The translations under genes were made by a program, and so were the position numbers. DNA of 64,000 nt from Eledone cirrhosa. Its lineage: Eukaryota. The DNA is taken from assembly GCA_964016885.1 (NCBI GenBank), contig OZ024751.1:5270001-5334000 (forward strand), read 5' to 3'. The notes under the pieces are model-generated. The model saw only the letters and a program-made list of their open reading frames with translations. It was not told the DNA's origin and made no database searches. Of the stretch, positions 12,186-27,649 are shown one piece after another (the first letter of the stretch is position 1; each line of letters starts with the position of its first letter).

Positions 12186-12534
12186 TATAAATATATATAT
12201 ATTTTCGTAGGTATTTCCGTAGAAAAGGCAATGGAAAGAAGCGTGCTCTATGTATAGTATATTTTCTTTCCCTTTATTTTATTTTATTTCAACCTCGCTT
12301 TCATTTATAATAGATTTCGATTTTGATTTCATAATTTACGTCCATATTAAATTTTCGTTCTAATGAACGACTTCGAACGCCTCTGTTGAGTCGCCTGCCT
12401 TCGTGAAACCTTGGGTAATGGAATAATTGTATTGTGTTGTTTATTACATAATTAAATAAAAAAATATCTATCTAAGTGTGTGTGTGTGTGTTTGAGTGAG
12501 TATGAAAATAACAGCACCATAAAACAGATCCTAT

Positions 12535-12850
<316 letters not shown>

Positions 12851-12854
12851 TACT

Positions 12855-15385
12855 ATACTAAAACGAAGATAAAACGTCATATGTGGAGGGGAGAGAACAA
12901 TTGCAAGCAAAGACAAAACCACGTAAATGGTATAACTGAAGTCGTAGACTAAAATTCTAACTAGGAAACCGAATGATTCTCGGCTTCAGAGTTAAGAATA
13001 AAGTAAATAAAATACAGAGATAAATGAAATTAAATAAAAGCATACACGCATCCATATACATACACAAGCATACGCGAAAACACTCGCCATAGGTACACAA
13101 ATACAGGTACGTACACAAAAAAAAAATTCTTCTCCCCTCTCCACATATGACGTATTATCTTCGTTTTTTTCCGTTCTTTGCCAGAGAACATCTCTATGAA
13201 CCACCTAATAGAATATTAGTCTACGACTTCTTTTATACCATAAACGTGGTTTTGTCTTTGCGTGTAATTGTTTTTCACCGCTCCAAATAATGACGTATTA
13301 TATTCGTTTTTTCTCGTTCTTTGCCAGGGAACGTTCACACGAACCAAAGTATCGTCTTCCTGTCTTCCTCCGGTTGCAATGTTTTTGAAATATTCACTTC
13401 TGCGTTCACAGATTGACTTCGTTAGTTTCAGAAGATCCCGTTAAGGGTGAAAGCAGCGATTCTTTGCTTAAACTTTAATCTGTTATTTTAATAAATATTT
13501 GCTCTACGGTTCTTATATATTTGATATATATTTATCCTTATCGAGCCCTCTTTGGATTTTAGTCTTCAAATTTATTATTATTACTATTTGGCTCCCTCGG
13601 TTGAGCACTCTATTGACTTATATTCATCATGCAGAAACAACATCTGAATAATCTACAAAGAACATACCCGTACCAAGCAGGAAAACATACCTAAAACTCC
13701 TGATACAGAAAACAGACGCGTTCATTAAAAGGTTGCGTTGGCGTACCTTTTATTTCGATAATCAGGGAAAAGCAGACAACATACAGGATAAATTTGGGTT
13801 TAAAACCTATAATAACCCTCCGTGTAACCCAGCATTGCTACCCTTCGAAAATGATGTCTTGGAACTCATACGGAGTATCAAATTTCGGAATAGGAGCAAT
13901 TCCTTCCAGCAGGACCTGAAGAATAGAATTCGTTCTATTAAGGATTCATATGCCGTACACGTCCATTCCGACAAAACTGGCAATCTATATCAAGTGGAGC
14001 GCAGTACTTGCCATCAACTGCTACATAATGCTGTAACTAAGGATTACCGTAAAACTTTACCCTGAAGGATCACAAGTCCAATTTTCCGAACAACCCCTCT
14101 ATTCGGCTTATTAACCCTACGAAGTCCGATTTAGGTAGACTTAGTAAAAGGATTCTTGATAGAATTATACCTGAAATTAGAAGTTTGGCCCCTTTTGCAC
14201 TGTGGAACAATTCTTTCGCGGTGATTGATTGGTTCAACGGCATATGCAACAAGGAACATTGCCGTTTTATCCAATGCGACATCAATAATTACTACTCCTC
14301 CATCACTTTACCACTTCTCCTTAGAGCTATCAATTACGCTAAAACACTCACAGTGGTTAGGGATTTCGAAGTTGATGTCATCCTCAATGCCCGTAAGTCG
14401 GTGATTAATTTCGACGACGCTATTTGGATTAAAAAATCTAATAGTACCCCATTCGACGTGAGTATGGGCGCCAGCGATTATGCGGAGGTTACTGATCTTA
14501 TCGGCCTTTTCCTTCTTTTCTCTATCAAGGAAGAATTCCCCAACATGGGCGGTGGTTTGTACCGTGATGATGGTCTTTTGACCATGACTAAGTGCGGCTT
14601 ACGTGCTTGCGACAGGTTCAGAAAAGAACTCACAGCCTTCTTCAAAGGCTTCAACCTCTCCATCCAGGTTGAGGCCAACCTCTCAGTCGTTAATTACCTC
14701 GACGCTACCCTCAATTTATCGAATGGCTTGCATTACCCGTATAGAAAGCCGAATGATACGCTTAATTACATAAGTAAACATCCTAACCATCCTGCCGGCA
14801 TAACCAAGAACCTGGTAAGAAACGTTTCTTTGAGGCTTTCCCGTCTATCTACTTACGAGCATATTTTCAACGACCATTCCACATATTACAAGGAAGCTCT
14901 TACTCGGAGTGGATTTGTCGATAAGGTAGCATATACAGAGTACGAGAATAGACCTAGAAGAAATAAATCCCGACGCATTATATGGTATAACCCACCATAT
15001 AATATGGAGGTGGCCACACCATTAGCTAAGATCTTTCTCTCCCTTATTATGAAGCATTTTCCCCCTACACATAAATATATTAAAACCTTTAATAGAAATA
15101 CTATTAAAATGTCTTACTCTACGACTTCTAACCTTGCACATAACATCACAGCTTCAAATTTAGCTAAACTTCCTAGCCGTAGTAACACGTGCAACCCTGT
15201 AGTTAGTACTAACTGTAATTGTAGGAATTGGGTTGACTGCCCCCTATCCGGGAAATGCCTCTCTAGTAACATTGTCTACAAATGTAAAGTTGAAACACCC
15301 ACGTCCCGTAGGGCCTACACCGGGTTAACCGCCAATAGATTCAAGCAGCGTCTTTACATGCATACCCATTCTTTTCGTTACCCTT
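12855..15385 (+). mobile_element. Penelope-like retroelement (RT plus C-terminal GIY-YIG; tentatively Naiad-like), with 5' inverted pLTR segment, internal deletion/frameshift and truncated 3' end
   Basis: SDKTGNLY, TLKDHK..RLINPTKS, DINNYYSSI, FDVSMGA, GGLYRDDGL, YRKPND, IIWYNPPY, CNCx5C linker, IVYKC..AYTGLT. Inverted repeat at about 12870-12959 versus 13209-13310. Confidence 0.85.
14185..15385 (+). pseudogene. PLE reverse transcriptase plus GIY-YIG endonuclease ORF fragment
   Basis: ORF track 14185..15408 (runs into TA repeat). The upstream part 13630-14065 is in other frames. Confidence 0.85.
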
Positions 15386-16180
15386 TATATATATATATAC
15401 ATACATAGATACCCCCCCTCACACACATATATATATGCATACATACACACATATATATATAATTGTATCTCTGTATATATGTATATATATACACACAATA
15501 CATTGTAGGTCGCTTTAACCCGTCTTTTATTATTCAAAAAACTTCTTGCCAATAAACATTAACCCTTTGTGCGCCATTCATCTAACTGTAGACCAACAAA
15601 TACCAACTAAACGGAGCGTTGGCAAGAACGATGGCGAATGAATTTTCGAGATAAGTAGTTTCCTCCCGAGTTGTTAGTTCACGCGGGATTCTCTGCTACA
15701 CCCTTTCGTAATAATACCGAACAACGTACTGCTGGTCACTCCTTCCTCCAAAAGCCGTACAAAGCGGACATGTGCATCGGGTAGATGGATCGGCTGCAAA
15801 TCGACACCAGGCCTACACGAGAAATTCGTAAGGGACTGCACCGAGAGGTATAGAGAGAAAGAGTATCTTAGTGGAAAGAGTGCGAATGAACTTTTGAGGT
15901 AAGTAGCCTACGCCTTACTGCTATGACATTGGAACCTTCTGCCAACTTAACCTGTGAATTTCTCTTTCAAATTCACTCCAAAAGGCCAGAACAGAGGAGT
16001 ATGAAAAGAAGGGGCTTAACAATATTTCTATGAACAATACACGTAGACAGCTAAACTGTACTTTCAACTTCTTAATTTTCTCAAAATAAAACAACTTTCC
16101 TGTCGATGTATTTTCGTGAGTTTTTAACAGGCACTCACAAATAAACGTTTCTCATTGGAGGTGCTATTACCAATGTTCTT

Positions 16181-16209
16181 GCCCGTGCAACGCCGGGATA
16201 CACAGCTAG
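16181..16209 (+). mobile_element. Helitron 3' terminus (5' end not located)
   Basis: CCCGTGCAACGCCGGG hairpin, 8-nt spacer, CTAG followed by T. Nearly identical to the terminus of the 22940-23811 element. Confidence 0.65.
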
Positions 16210-16237
16210 TATATATATATATATATATGTATACATG

Positions 16238-16317
<80 letters not shown>

Positions 16318-16724
16318 TCAAAAAATCGTTATCGAATACGACATCCGAAGAAGGTAGAAGTATACAACGGACGAAATGAAATGTTGTAATGTTGTTATAA
16401 TAACAGAGACGATGACACCAGTCAAGTATGAATCTAACAATAAATATGAATTTTTTTATTAGGTAAAACTTTATGTGAATCCTGGTAAACATTCCAATTA
16501 CTTGTAATTTATTAGAGAAGAACATTAAGTTCTTAATATTTCATTATTCAATCCTCTTACAGTTCTCATTTATCTTCTTCCATTCTGGAATCTCATTATA
16601 AATTAAGACGTATGCTGCTTTTATTTGGTTAATTAGCTTTTTCATCTATTTTTATGATAACTTCTAGTCAAGATGTTTGTATTGGCCTACTATTTATTAT
16701 ACAATATATACAATAAATACATAT

Positions 16725-16850
<126 letters not shown>

Positions 16851-17332
16851 GCATATATGTATATATATATATATATATATGTGTGTGTATATGTATATTT
16901 GCTCTTAATGTTTCCCCTCGTCTTACTCTTATATAATTTCTCTCTCTGGTTTCCTTTGTTTAATGTACATTGCTATTTATTTTCCTTCCTGCCTACTTCT
17001 ATTGCTTATTTACTTCTTTGTGCAAAATAATTTCAATATTGGACATTCCGGATATTAATTCTTTTGTTGCATACATTCACTTATTTCTATCAATTATATT
17101 ACGTTTTACAGCTTTATTACTATTTTTCGCTACGTTGCTTTAGTAATCATTTTAGTGTCGTTTTCATGTTTTACTCCACTAAGAATCTTCCATTGACCTT
17201 TATAAATAATTAAAATTTGTTTCACGAATTTTAAAAATTAAATGCTGTTTAGATTAAACTTCATTTTATAAAATAAATTTTAACGATGAATTAAAGATAT
17301 TGAAATGGATAAAGTATATATGTATGTGTCAT

Positions 17333-17450
17333 GGAGGTGCCTTGGTTAGTGGTTAGGTTGTTAAGTTCATGATCATAACGTCGTGAGTTCTATTTCCGAG
17401 GCACCATGCGTCTTTAAGCAAGACATCTTATTTCACATTGCTCCAGTCAG
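17333..17450 (+). mobile_element. tRNA-derived SINE (second family); related minus copy at about 21990-22300
   Basis: TGGTTAGTGGTTAG A-box-like and GTGAGTTCTATT B-box-like motifs. The minus copy has CGAACCCACGAC..CTAGGCCACGCGCCTC. Confidence 0.55.
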
Positions 17451-18864
17451 ATTGATCATTTTTCGTCGAACTGCTAAGTTACGAAACCTAAGGACAGACA
17501 GAGAGACAGACATAATTAAACACATACAAGACCACTTCACCCCCACATACATACCCAACCACTCACCCACCAAATTTCACTCCCAAGGTATTGGTCAACC
17601 TGAAGCTGTGTCCAAAAATGCCGTGCAGTGGGACTAAACACGAAACTTCGCGGTTTCGAAACGACGTCCTTAACCACACGGTCATATTTATATCATAAAC
17701 TACACTGTCAAATCTATGATGTAATTTGAGGGAGATTCGGCTGCTATGTCGCGCCATCAGAAACAAAGGCAAATGTATTTGATTTCAACCTTAATGCGAA
17801 ATCACGACAGGAATTATTTATAATATTTATACATGGAATTTTCCTTTTAGCTCTAGTAATCTTCCCCCACACCCGCCTCCACCATTATTTCTAGAATAAT
17901 ATCAACACATCTATATCTTCATCAACAGCAAATTTTCTCTATTTAATATTTAGCATATTTATGAAAGTGTAGCCAACTACAATACCCCAGTGTCCCATTG
18001 TTCTGCATTGACTATTCACCTCAATGAAATATGAGAATTCTACAAGACATTAGTGGATGTTACAAATAACTAAGGGAATCGAAAAATAATTCTTTCTGTG
18101 TTACCTGCAGAGATAAAATTCCAACATTTTAGTGGAAAGTGAGATATCAGTAACTACATAAATTTCTTCTTAAACTAAGACATGCGCATTTGGATATGCA
18201 GTAACATTAACGGCAACGATTGAACACAAAAATCTCTTTTCTCTTTCCCCTTAATGGTCATTAAGTGATATGGTATGAACTGTGTTTCAGTTTTCCCTTT
18301 CAGTGATTATCAATCTTGCTTTCTTTCTTGCTACAGAAGCATTAAATTGAGAAGAAACGCTCAACGATTATTTCTTGACATCTACCTCGTGATTCACCGA
18401 CCATTATTTTGTTGGTTCGTTTCAGATTAGATTTTATTTCACCAGAGAAGTGACAACAGATTTCCGGAGCAAATAAAAAATACTCCCGTATTGTTGTATA
18501 GCTTTTATACCACTTGAAACTTTATTGCGCGAACAATAAAAGCGTTAAAGCGTTAAACCGAGCGATACTAGTGGCATTGGATGAACAATACTGCCTTATA
18601 AGACTAGAATTTCAGAGTAGGCAGGATCGAATCTAATATCATTATTGATTATATAATTTTCAACGTAGGTTTTATCGTAAATGAGTGATGCTCGCCAATA
18701 GACTTCGACTGTTAATAAAATGGTCATTGGTTCCTTGTTGGCTATCAGAGTTGTATTGTGTTCATTTCATGGCCAACACATTTAACAGAGAATGGTAAGA
18801 TATATTTAAATAGGTATTATGTGTTGTTATAAATATTCACTGACATAATAGAAGGCTCTTCATA

Positions 18865-19020
18865 ATGGTTTCGGATTTAGACACAAGGCCAGCAAATTAT
18901 GGTGGGGAAAGTTGGTTAAATCGACCCCCAGCGCATTACTGGTGCTTTATTTATCGAACCCTTAAGAATGAAAGGTAAAGCTAGTCTCGGCGTGATTTGA
19001 ACTCAGAACATAAAGGGATG
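18865..19020 (-). mobile_element. SINE copy (family of 10037)
   Basis: ACAAGGCCAGCAA..CTGGTGCTTTATTTATCGA..GATTTGAACTCAGAAC. Confidence 0.75.
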
Positions 19021-20356
19021 TTGCACATTTAATCAGATATAGTGACAGTATTACACCTTGTTACACATTTAATCAGACACAACAACAATACTACACCTTG
19101 TTACACATTAAAAGCGTTAAATATTCAATGGCGATGCTTTATGAAACGCTTTCAATATCTGCTTGATGTCATTTCATTTCCCTTAGAAAAGTTAAAACAA
19201 TGCTAGAGGTTATGGCAAACCATGTAAAAAAGAATGAAGCTCCCGGAGAATTACACATGTTACCCAATCTCAAATCCCACTGTAGCTATATTTCCTTTCA
19301 TATCCATCGCTAATATGTTAGAAAAATATATACCCTAGTCATTACCCCTAATAATTTAGAAGCTTTTGAAATCAGTCAAAAGAAACTAATATCATTTTAA
19401 GAATTATTTCATAGAGAATGCTATTGTCATGAACGTAAGCACAAAAGTGGGGAGGAGAGCGGAGAGTCTCATAATAGGATATTGATAATCAGATATTGAT
19501 ATAGATTATAAGAGATTGTTCTTCATGTATACATATTTAGATTTTGTATCAGAGTTTGATATTATACAATAAGGGTCCTTGAACTATAAAGTAGATATAA
19601 GCTGCTTCTGACCCCATTTCGATTTTCGATCGTAGCCTTTTGATTGCACACTAAGTTGGTAATGTACTTTAGAAGATCTAAGGAGTCATGCTTCTTCTTC
19701 TTTACAATGGCGAGGTTTTGTACATAAGAAGAAAATCAATATAACAAGATAAGATAGAAGTTGCTGCTGCGAAAATACCAAATATATTGTTGAACTACAT
19801 CGAGTATTCTGATCCACAGAGGGAGACTTTACGGAGTCAGTCAAACGTTAGGAAATAACAGCCAAATATCCTCATATTCTACTCTAAACAGATTATAGAC
19901 CTAGTGTTGCCTTTTGTATTAAAAAAAGGCGAAATCTGAAAGTAAACTTATGTTTTTTTTTCTTAGAAAACAAGATGGAAACTTTGATAATTACAATTTC
20001 TATATCTGGTCTGAATGTTTACAACTGTATTAACTCTATAAGAAGCACCCAAAAGTCAGGTATTGGTGTTAATTTAGAGATGCATTAAGTTTAATATCAA
20101 ATATCCTGAAGAAGATAGTGAGTATTGATATAGTAGAAAAAACCGGAAAAAAAGTCATTTGGATATGCAAAACTGCTAAATTATTAAAGCCATTTAACTG
20201 CTTGGCAAATTCTATACTCTACAGTTGTTTCAGCACAAGGCTTAGTTAGATCTTTTACAAAAAAACTGAGAAGAGAGTAATTTTTGTGTAAGCCAGTTTT
20301 ATTACAGACATTTACAATATAAGCAGCAACAATTTGGGTGTGTGGTACGGTTTTTA

Positions 20357-20455
<99 letters not shown>

Positions 20456-20593
20456 TTACTATCTAATGAAGTGACTAATTTCGGAGAATAATTTACCAGA
20501 TAACACAGAGATATGGCTTTTCCACTGTATATGTTAGTGTCTAGTAAAGTGACTACTTACAGAGAACGGTTTACTGCATATGTAATATAGCTA

Positions 20594-20713
<120 letters not shown>

Positions 20714-21084
20714 TTATTTCTCCCCATCTATACTGTAGTTAAAACAGGGAATATTGCTCTTAACTAGTTGGCTATGTATCCCATTAGGCGAAAGCAACCC
20801 GTTATAGTATCTGAAATTCACTCCTCGCTAAACACTCCAACCAAATCTTTCTACTTCAATTGCTGACTCTTTCTACTTCAATTGCTGACACTTTCTACAA
20901 TACTCGCTCTCTCTACCTCTGTTTCTGTGTTTGTCTGTCTTTCTCCCTCTGTCTCTCAATGTCTCTTCTGATTCTCCAATACAGAGGCTACACCAATGAA
21001 AGAAGAATCTCTCTCTGTCTATTTTTCATTTTCTCTCTGTCTCTGTTTCTTCTGATTCTCCACTACAGAGGTCACAGCAATACA

Positions 21085-21169
<85 letters not shown>

Positions 21170-21371
21170 ATTCTCCATTACCGAGGTCACACCAATCCAA
21201 TATGAGAAATCTACTCATCTGATTAATTAAATTGAAAGAAATAAAGAAATAATGTATTTAACTCATTTGGCTCTCACCCAGCTTTGGTGCAATCAAATAC
21301 ATCTTTTACATTGATATCTTATAAAATCTCCAAACCATTAATCATTCAGTTTGTTACATTGAAAATTATAG

Positions 21372-21935
21372 AGTTAGAAATATTTTGTAATAAACCACAG
21401 ACAATATGAGGTAATTATTTCTCTATAAGAATGTATCGTCTCTACTATAAGAATATAATTCCGTAGTAAAATTATAGTATTAGAAATATTTTGTAATAAA
21501 CTACAGAGAATATGATATAGTTAGTTAGTTCTGTAGAAGAATGTATCGTCTCTACTATATGAATATATTTATTTTGCAAGGAATACTACGGGAGGAAACA
21601 GAAACATCACTGGTGATGTCACAGCTGTGTGACCAAAGAACTCTTAGAAACTATATTTGTATTTATATTTGTTAACTATTGGTCAATCAATTATAATCAT
21701 TGATTGCCAGCTGAATTACTTATATAAATATAAATATATAATAAAGCAAAAACCAAACCAAACAGTGAGTGTGTTTTACTATTTTTTTCTGGCAATATTA
21801 TAACAATATGACCCTCCCCAAATATAACAATATATGAAAATAATTCTGTAGTAAAGTTTTAGTGAGAAATACTTTGTAATAAACCACATAAAATACGAGG
21901 TAATAAGTTCTCTATAAACATGTATCGTATCTACT
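21372..21935. repeat. About 110-bp direct repeat, 3 copies (about 21372, 21478 and 21860)
   Basis: AGAAATATTTTGTAATAAAC.ACAGA..ATATGA..AGAATGTATCGTCTCTACTATA recurs. Confidence 0.6.
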
Positions 21936-22474
21936 TCTTCTTCTGCATCTTCTTGCTCAACAAGGCCGGGGTCATCCTAAGCCAGCGAGCTCAAAGCATC
22001 GTCCTTCGTAGAGCCGAAAAGTCTAAAGTTTGTCTTAAGCCGGAAGACTCGTTAGGCCAGTGCTTATTTCGGTTTTGTGGCGCGAAGCGACAGAGTGTTC
22101 AAGACTCCCCCCCCCCTGCACAAGGCGCCAGTCCATCGCAGAGTTAAACTCCCCATCTATAGCTGGTAATCATTTTCAGCTGAGTTTACTGGAGCATCGT
22201 AAAATGAAGCGTTTTCCTCAAGAACATTACACACAACCCAAGCCCAGTAATCGAACCCACGACATTATGATTGTAAGTCCAACACTAGGCCACGCGCCTC
22301 AAAATCGTCTCTTCTATATGAATATAATTTTGTAGCAACTTTTGACTCACACAAGTTGTTGGTTTTTTTCTTTTGCTCATATTAATCACATCAGTATTTT
22401 TTCATTTATGATTTCATTGATAATCTTATATACACTCCTGTGATATTATAGAGTTATCATATAGTTATATTTAG

Positions 22475-23978
22475 CTTTGTGCCTAAATCAGAAACCATTA
22501 TGTTGTAAAAAAAAAAAAATGCGGTGGATTGGCAGTATCGGTAGGGCCCCGGACAACATGATTATGGCATATAGTTACGACACCATACGTTCTGAGTTCA
22601 AATCCAGCCTAGGTTAGCTTTGTCGTTCATCCTTACGGAGCCGATAAAATAAAATACCAGTAACATACTGAGGTCGATTTAATCGACTTCCTCTCCCCTA
22701 AAACTGTTGGCCTTATGCCTAAATCAGAAACTGTAATGTAAAAAAAGAGAGGCGATGGATTGACAGTGTCTTAGAGCGTCGGACATTATGATTTGTGGTA
22801 TAGTGTTACGTTCCTTTATGTTCTTAGTTCAAATGCCGCCAAAGTTAGCTTTGCATTTCATCCTCACGGGGCGTCGATTTAATCGACTTTACCTTTCCAT
22901 TGCTGGCCTTGTGCCTAAATCGGAAGTAATTATTTAGTACTAGCAGTAAAGCCCGGCGTTGCTCGGGGTCGCTCAGTAGCTGTGTTAAAGTTACAATGTT
23001 AAGTTTCTTTCTTGGCTTAAAAACTGTAGTGTCTACTGTGCAGACTTGCATGTGGTGTTTTTGATTAATATTCCCTCAACCAACAATATGCCTTATGAAG
23101 TTAAGAAAACATAACGATAACCCGAATGTTATAACAAAAGAGGATGCTGGGGATAGAAACTGCACTGGTTATTTATTAACAAAGATCGAAAATGTAAACA
23201 CTGCAACGCAGAGAAAAACATTAGCGTAACCAAATTATCAGTTATGTCTGTCTGCACGCCTATATCACCTCTCTGCACGACTGTCTGTCTGCACGCCTAT
23301 ATCACCTCTCTGCACGACTGTCTGTCTGCACGCCTATATCACCTCTCTGCACGACTGTCTGTCTGCACGACTGTCTGTCTGCACGACTGTCTGTCTGCAC
23401 GGCTAACGACTAAATATTTGCTTGTTTTACGTAGTCTTTAAATAGACTTGTTTTCAAGTAAATATATTGTTTTAAAATGCTTTTAAATGGAAATGAAGCA
23501 AAACGGAAGCTTCGTGTATTGTGTTAATGTCATTTTAAACGCTGAGAAAGCCAGCGTAATTTTTTACGTAAGACGCTCAATGTAAACAGAACAAAGGGAA
23601 ATAACTGATCACTTACGCTCAAAAATCGATACATTATATTCGATTTCGTCAGATAGGGCGGGTCAATTTGAAATATTTTTTTTCCGATGTCTTCGCTAGG
23701 GCTCAATGTACAAGTATAGCAATTTCGGTGCAATTCCGTGAGAGATTCTAAGAGGAGATGTGTGCCAAAAATCGATAGACAGACAGACAACCTCAGTTTT
23801 ATATATATAGATTATCGGTAGAGGGTCGGATGCCATGCTTTATAGCATAGAGTTAGGTCATTTATGATCTGAGTTCAAATCCCTCCGAGGTCTAACTTTG
23901 CCTTTCAACCTTACGGGGTCGATAAAATAAAGTGCACTGGGATAATTACTGGCATTGTGCTAAAAGTAGAAACAATTA
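22475..23978 (+). mobile_element. Tandem SINE array (about 22522-22735, 22752-22930, 23812-23978), interrupted by a Helitron
   Basis: Repeated GGATTG.CAGT.TC head, GTTCAAAT box and GGCCTT.TGCCTAAATC.GAA tail. Confidence 0.75.
22940..23811 (-). mobile_element. Non-autonomous Helitron (872 bp) with internal 37-bp and 16-bp tandem repeats
   Basis: Minus strand starts TCTATATATATAAAACTGAGGTTGTCTGTCTGTC and ends CCCGAGCAACGCCGGG-CTTTACTG-CTAG. It sits between A (22939) and T (23812) with no TSD. Confidence 0.85.
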
Positions 23979-26270
23979 TATATAGTGTTATATAAATAGT
24001 GTTATATATAGTGTTATATATAGTGTTATATATAGTGTTATATATAGTGTTATATATAGTGTTATATATAGTATTTTATATATTGTTATGTATAGTGTTA
24101 TATATAGTATTTTATATATTGTTATGTATAGTGTTATATATAGTGTTATATATAGTGTTATATATAGTGTTATATAAATAGTGTTATATATAGTGTTATA
24201 TATAGTGTTATATATAGTATTATATATAGTGTTATATATAGTGTTATATATAGTGTTATATATAGTATTATATATAGTGTTATATATAGTGTTATATATA
24301 GTATTTTATATATTGTTATGTATAGTGTTATATATATATAGTGTTATATATAGTTTTATATATAATGTTATATATAGTGTTATTATATATAGTGTTATAT
24401 ATAGTATTTTATGTAGTGTTATATATAGTATTTTATGTAGTGTTATATATAGTGTTATTATATATATTGTTCTATATAGTGTTATATATAGTATTATATA
24501 TATAGTGTTATAATATATAGTGTTATATATAGTGTTATATATAGTGTTATATATATAGTGTTATATATAGTGTTATATATAATGTTATATATAGTATTAT
24601 ATATATTGTTATGTATAGTGTTATATATATATAGTTTTTTATGTAGTGTTATATATATAGTGTTATATATAGTGTTATATATATTGTTATATATAGTGTT
24701 ATATATAGTGTTATATATAGTGTAATATATAGTGTTATAACATTATATATAGTGTTACTATATATAATGTTATATATAGTGTTATATATAGTGTTATATA
24801 TAGTGTTATATATAGTGTTATATATAGTGTTACTATATATAGTGTTATACATAGTGTTATATATAGTGTTATTATATAGAGTGGTATATATATATAGTGT
24901 TATAATATATAGTGTTATATATAGTGTTACTATATATAGTGTTATTATATAGTGTTATATATATAGTGTTATATATATATATAGTGTTATATATATAGTG
25001 TTATATATAATGTTATATATAGTGTTATATATATATAGTGTTATATATAATGTTATATATAGTGTTATATATAGTGTTATATATAGTGTTATATATAGTG
25101 TTACTATATATAGTGTTATATATAGTATTTTATATATTGTTATGTATAGTGTTATATATATATAGTGTTATATATAGTTTTATATATAATGTTATATATA
25201 GTGTTATTATATATAGTGTTATATATTGTATTGTATATATATAGTGTTATAATATATAGTGTTATATATAGTGTTATATATAGTGTTAAATATAGTGTTA
25301 TATATATATAGAGTTATATATATTGCTATATATAGTGTTATATATAGTGTTATTATATATAGTGTTTTCATCCTTACGGGGTCGATAAAATGAAGTACCA
25401 GTAATGCACTGGGTAATTGCTGGCCTTGTGCCTAAAGTAGAAACAGTTATTATATATAGTGTTATATATAGTGTTATATATAGTGTTATATATAGTGTTA
25501 TCATATATAGTGTTATATATAGTATTACATTTAGTGTTATATATAGTGTTATATATATATAGTGTTACATATAGTGTTATATATAGTATTACATATAGTG
25601 TTATTATATAGTGTTCCATGTAGTGTTTTATATAGTATTACATGTAGTGTTATATATAGTGTTATATATAGTGTTATATACATATATAGTGTTATATATG
25701 TAGTGTTATATATAGTGTTATATATAGTGTTATATATAGTGTTGTATATAGTGTTATATATAGTATTTTATATAGTGTTATATATAGTATTTTATATAGT
25801 GTTATATATAGTGTTATATATATATAGTGTTATATATAGTTTTATATATAATGTTATATATAGTGTTATTATATATAGTGTTATATATAGTATTTTATGT
25901 AGTGTTATATATAGTATTTTATATAGTGTTATATATAGTGTTATATATATATAGTGTTATATATAGTTTTATATATAATGTTATATATAGTGTTATTATA
26001 TATAGTGTTATATATAGTATTTTATGTAGTGTTATATATAGTGTTATTATATATAGTGTTCTATATAGTGTTATATATAGTGTTATATATAGTGTTATCA
26101 TATATAGTGTTATATATAGTGTTACATGTAGTGTTATATATAGTGTTATATATATATAGTGTTATCATATATAGTGTTATAATATATAGTGTTATACATA
26201 GTATTACATCTAGTGTTATATATAGTATTACATGTAGTGGTATTATATAGTGTTTCATGTAGTGTTTTGT
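23978..26270. repeat. 12-bp minisatellite TATATAGTGTTA, about 2.3 kb, with an embedded SINE 3' half at about 25365-25450
   Basis: Direct reading; explains the LYIV-repeat ORFs. Confidence 0.95.
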
Positions 26271-27649
26271 ATATATATACGACTGTGGTTGGTAAATTGT
26301 TATCTGTTTGATATATTACTAAAACTTACAGAATGAACGAGGGAGGGAACACAGAGAGGATGAATAAAAAACCAAAACGTAACTGAAAAAAGGAGAAAGG
26401 AAGTAATATGGTACTTTGAAGAAATTACTTTGACGGTGGCTATGCTATTACAACCATATTACACCTGTATTACAACCAACAGCTAGGAAATAAGCCTTCA
26501 ATTTACAGAGTTCTGAAGTGTAAAATAAGCTGACTGTTTATGTTTTCCTTATAAGAGAATACTAATATAAAAAGGGGACAAAAGAATATTATGATGTTCA
26601 TGTCATTTTGCTGTAAGAGAAGTAGCTGCACTTCAAGAACTATTGAATCCGTTGCAACCCAACATCTATTGAAATGACTTTGGAGAAGAAACGCTTTTGA
26701 AATATGCAGCGGATTACGCATGAACACACAATCCGGCATAAATAGGCGGCAACCTCGTGATAAATTTGTCACATTTGAATGAATATTTCAGCTATGAGGC
26801 ACATGCATAATGATAGGAATAAAGATGCTGCTGCAACATGATGTGAAATGTCGGTAGCATCAAACACACTGGAAGATATTACTTACATCATCTGTCTCCA
26901 CTCCAATACAAACGTCAGCGAAATATTATCTTTCAATGAAATATGATGCAAGAAGAAAGCTATATAATGCATTACAAAAGCAATGCAGCTATAATCGAAG
27001 TTTTGTAGATGTGTTGACTATAAGGGATGCAAATAAAAAAATCCGCATCGATATCTCCAGAAATCTACTCTTATCAAAAGTTGTAAATCATTATGTATAA
27101 TAGTTAAAAGGATAGGAAACCAGACAGCTTTTGCGAAATTCTAAGAGAAACATAGTAGAATATACTATAGTATAATATAGACGGTAAAGAGGTTCCGTAT
27201 TATGTGAAGATTCTAATGCAATACGAACCGACTTGTAAAACACTTCCCACATATTATATGAAACAGTAGAAGTAAAGTAAACTTGAATTAAATATTAGAA
27301 TCAAATCAAATAGCTCAAATCAGCCAATGATTGTAGTATTATAAACCAAATACTGGGCAGAAATGCATTTGCTTGCAACAGTGAAAGAAGATGAAAGAGG
27401 TGATAGAATGTTGGAGAAAATATCACGTAGTATTTGTTTGTTATTCCGCGTCTATTTTGCATGACATGCATGGTTCTATAACTGTTGAGGAAGTCTTAGG
27501 GGCACCATATTGATGTTTCTAGTGTATTTTAAAAACTTTTCAGAGCCCAATCGTCTCCAAGTCTGAATACAGCAGATTTCTCTCAGGGAAGGATAGAGAG
27601 AGTGAGAGAATAGAAGTGAAAAAGAGCCACAGAAGAGGAGGAATCGGCT

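Noticed and set aside
13415-13465. CAGAAGA-TCCC-GTTAA-GGGT-GAAA, HHR-like, upstream of the PLE ORF
   Set aside because: U4 is mutated and no stem I was found; possibly decayed, not supportable.
14063-14065. In-frame TGA as possible selenocysteine in the PLE ORF
   Set aside because: It lies at a deletion/frameshift junction (the TLKDHK motif continues in another frame), not at a Cys position.
16338-16387. ACGACAT-CCGAAGA..GAAA..ATGTTGT, HHR-like
   Set aside because: Stem I pairs, but the core is mutated, stem II is unpaired and there is no UH site.
23999-26258. Hydrophobic LYIV-repeat ORFs, and the YI/HT/CV-repeat ORFs across the window
   Set aside because: Mini- and microsatellite translation artefacts.
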